Shown here in pieces: positions 62,113 through 64,000 of a DNA stretch of 64,000 nucleotides. Position numbers and translations under genes: made by a program. The notes beneath the pieces are model-generated. The model saw only the letters and a program-made list of their open reading frames with translations, was not told the DNA's origin and searched no databases. How positions within the stretch are numbered: position 1 is the first letter of the stretch; each line of letters begins with the position of its first letter. The stretch comes from Elusimicrobiota bacterium (GTDB taxonomy: Bacteria > Elusimicrobiota > Elusimicrobia > UBA1565 > UBA9628): positions 1 through 64,000 of the forward strand of contig DAHVNA010000002.1 of assembly GCA_027319565.1 (NCBI GenBank), read 5' to 3'.

Positions 62113-63761
62113 TATGCGATGTTTCCTACAATCTTTGCCGCCTCAATAGAGCCAGAAGCGGCAAGAAGGTTGGATAAAATCTTGCGCCCCTCCGGGTCAT
62201 GAGTCAAATCATAAACGAAAATGGAGTTCCCCGCGGTAAAAGCGGGCGTTCGCTTTTTAAGCCAGGAAAATACATTCTTATCTGCGAAATAGACCGCCTC
62301 AAGATTTGTTTCTGAAATGGCAAAAAAAAGCGGCCCGGATTTTTCCGGAAGGACGGTCCCGTCGCGACGATCGACATTGGAATAAAACGCCAGAGGAAAA
62401 TAGCGAATTCCTTCATATGAGGGATCCGCCACTCCGAAATAAGAAAGAATAATCGGAGGGTTTCCGCGCTTTTTGAGTTCGCGGCCCAAGTCTTTCAAGC
62501 CTTGCCCCCAATCCAAATTCGAATCGGCCAGAAGATGATAACCGCCGCTAGGCCCGCCGGTCAACTCGTTAAAATAAACAAGATAATGAGGGTAGGCCCG
62601 GATCACGCTTAGGGACGTCCAAAGCGCCCCCACCGCGAGAGTGGCGGCAAACACCCCTTGGGAAAGACGAAGTTTTAAAGCGGCGACAGAACGCGCCCCC
62701 AAAATAATCAAAAAAGGATAAATGGGGAGAATATGGCGATAGCCGATATCCGTTTTAGAAATCAGGGCCGCGATAAAATAAGCCGTCGGGGGCATCAAGA
62801 GCCAAATCTCCCGCTCGGACGGTTTTCTTAATGCCAGATAAATCCCCAGCGCGGCGAAAAGAAGGAGAGGAATCGGGGTTTTAACTGCAAGAGCGACCGG
62901 AAAAAAATCCCAGAAGCCATTTTGGCTATAGCGGCCCCATAAAAAAGACGGGCGGCCTTGATTGAGCCTTGTCAGCGTTTTAAGAAGCCCGCCCCAATAG
63001 AGGGAAAAGCCGCTCAAGCGATAGGAAAACGCAAGAATGAGAGCCGCTAAAAAGACAAAAACGAGAATTTGAGAAATTTTTGGCCGACGCTTGGGAGAGA
63101 CCCGCGCCTCGGTTAAAAGAGCGCTGACAATGACAATGGGAAGAATAATCATGCTAAATTTCGAAGCCAAAGCCCCGCCAAGGCAAACCCCGGACAAGGC
63201 CCAATCCCTCCAAATGCGATTAGGACGGGCAAGAAAAAAACAGGTCAAAAAATAAAAGACGGCGGGCAGCGCATCAGTAGTGGCCAGGGCGAAATTGGAA
63301 AAAATCGGCGGACAAAAGGCGAGAAAAAAAGAGGCCGCAAGAAAAGCCGCCTCCCGGCCCAAACTCCAAGACCAGGCTAACGCCGCGGGAAACAAAATTA
63401 AAAGAAGGCTGATTAAATTCCAGGTTCGGGCGGAATTAAGCAAACGGGAAGCCTCAACCCGATTTTTATAGATAAATTGATCCGAAAAATTATAAAGCCT
63501 CCCAAAATCAGGATTTAAGGTCATGGTCGAAGGATTTAAGAGAAGAAGAGGCAAGGCCCCCCACATTTCCGCCAAGGGCGGATGATCGCGCCAGTTCAGC
63601 GGCGGCAGCTGGGTTTTAAGCGCGAGATATCCGCTCGCCAAATGGACCGGCTCGTCATATGTCGCCGAGGAATCTTCAATCTGGGAAATTCCAAAAAATA
63701 CCGCCGTAAAAAACGCGGATACGGCCGCCAACCCCAGCCCTACGATTTTAGCCTTCGACAC
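62109..63761 (-). CDS. GT-C fold glycosyltransferase (ArnT/PMT-like)
   Basis: TYDEPVH, HPPL, multiple TMs, RHILP, DSNLDWGQ. Confidence 0.82.
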   Translation of the reverse strand: MSKAKIVGLGLAAVSAFFTAVFFGISQIEDSSATYDEPVHLASGYLALKTQLPPLNWRDHPPLAEMWGALPLLLLNPSTMTLNPDFGRLYNFSDQFIYKNRVEASRLLNSARTWNLISLLLILFPAALAWSWSLGREAAFLAASFFLAFCPPIFSNFALATTDALPAVFYFLTCFFLARPNRIWRDWALSGVCLGGALASKFSMIILPIVIVSALLTEARVSPKRRPKISQILVFVFLAALILAFSYRLSGFSLYWGGLLKTLTRLNQGRPSFLWGRYSQNGFWDFFPVALAVKTPIPLLLFAALGIYLALRKPSEREIWLLMPPTAYFIAALISKTDIGYRHILPIYPFLIILGARSVAALKLRLSQGVFAATLAVGALWTSLSVIRAYPHYLVYFNELTGGPSGGYHLLADSNLDWGQGLKDLGRELKKRGNPPIILSYFGVADPSYEGIRYFPLAFYSNVDRRDGTVLPEKSGPLFFAISETNLEAVYFADKNVFSWLKKRTPAFTAGNSIFVYDLTHDPEGRKILSNLLAASGSIEAAKIVGNIAY

Positions 63762-63850
63762 GGCTTATTCTATAACTTAAGGAATCTTTTCGTCTTTACA
63801 TATTGGGACTGGAAAATTTAACAAGCGCCTGTTATACTACGGATAGGTCT

Positions 63851-64000
63851 ATGAGCGAAGTCCTTGTTCTCAATCGTAGCTTTTGCGCCGTCGAGGTCTC
63901 CTCTTGGCAGAGGGCCTTGTCTCTCCTTTATTTAGGAAGAGCCTCGGTGGTCGGAGAAGACTATCAAACCCACAATTTTAAAGACTGGTTGGAACTTTCC
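63851..64000 (+). CDS. McrA-like HNH endonuclease, N terminus only (runs off window)
   Basis: MSEVLVLNRSFCAVEVSSWQRALSLLYLGRASVV...HNFKDW, typical of the N-terminal part of these proteins. Confidence 0.7.
   Translation, partial: MSEVLVLNRSFCAVEVSSWQRALSLLYLGRASVVGEDYQTHNFKDWLELS

Overview
A gene-dense, mostly housekeeping chromosomal segment from a diderm (LPS-making) bacterium. The gene mix (type III glutamine synthetase, GuaB3, tandem lgt, lineage-specific secreted proteins) suggests Elusimicrobiota, but this is inference. From left to right it holds: mrp and glnA(III) with an unknown ParB/Srx-motif gene; pmm-eno-ftsB-lgt-lgt-rluD-5'-nucleotidase; a metal-uptake-like operon (CxxC/RAPP leader ORF, TonB-dependent receptor, YncE-like propeller, exbB-exbD-tonB); the Kdo/heptose/Lpt cluster ending in a prepilin peptidase; tRNA-Asn followed by a small accessory block (toxin-antitoxin pair with a frameshifted toxin, rRNA methyltransferase, DEAD-box helicase, ABC-F); the purine operon (guaB3-guaA-purC-purS-purL-purQ-purF-purD); SPFH/DMT/AddA-like/secG/tRNA-Leu; rimP-nusA-[pentapeptide insert]-infB-rbfA-truB-riboflavin kinase; ftsX-envC-ctpA-tsaD; and epimerase, SirB1-like, GT-C and HNH genes. 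The best leads are: (1) a DUF2946/CruR-like CxxC...RAPP ribosome-arrest leader upstream of a complete TonB uptake system; (2) a recurring extended -10 box exactly 6-7 nt before start codons, implying leaderless mRNAs, including infB; (3) an unannotated 54-aa ORF and a candidate 23-aa leaderless ORF; (4) an uncharacterised CxxC + DGHHK protein upstream of glnA-mrp. I saw no CRISPR array, rRNA, integrase or transposase.
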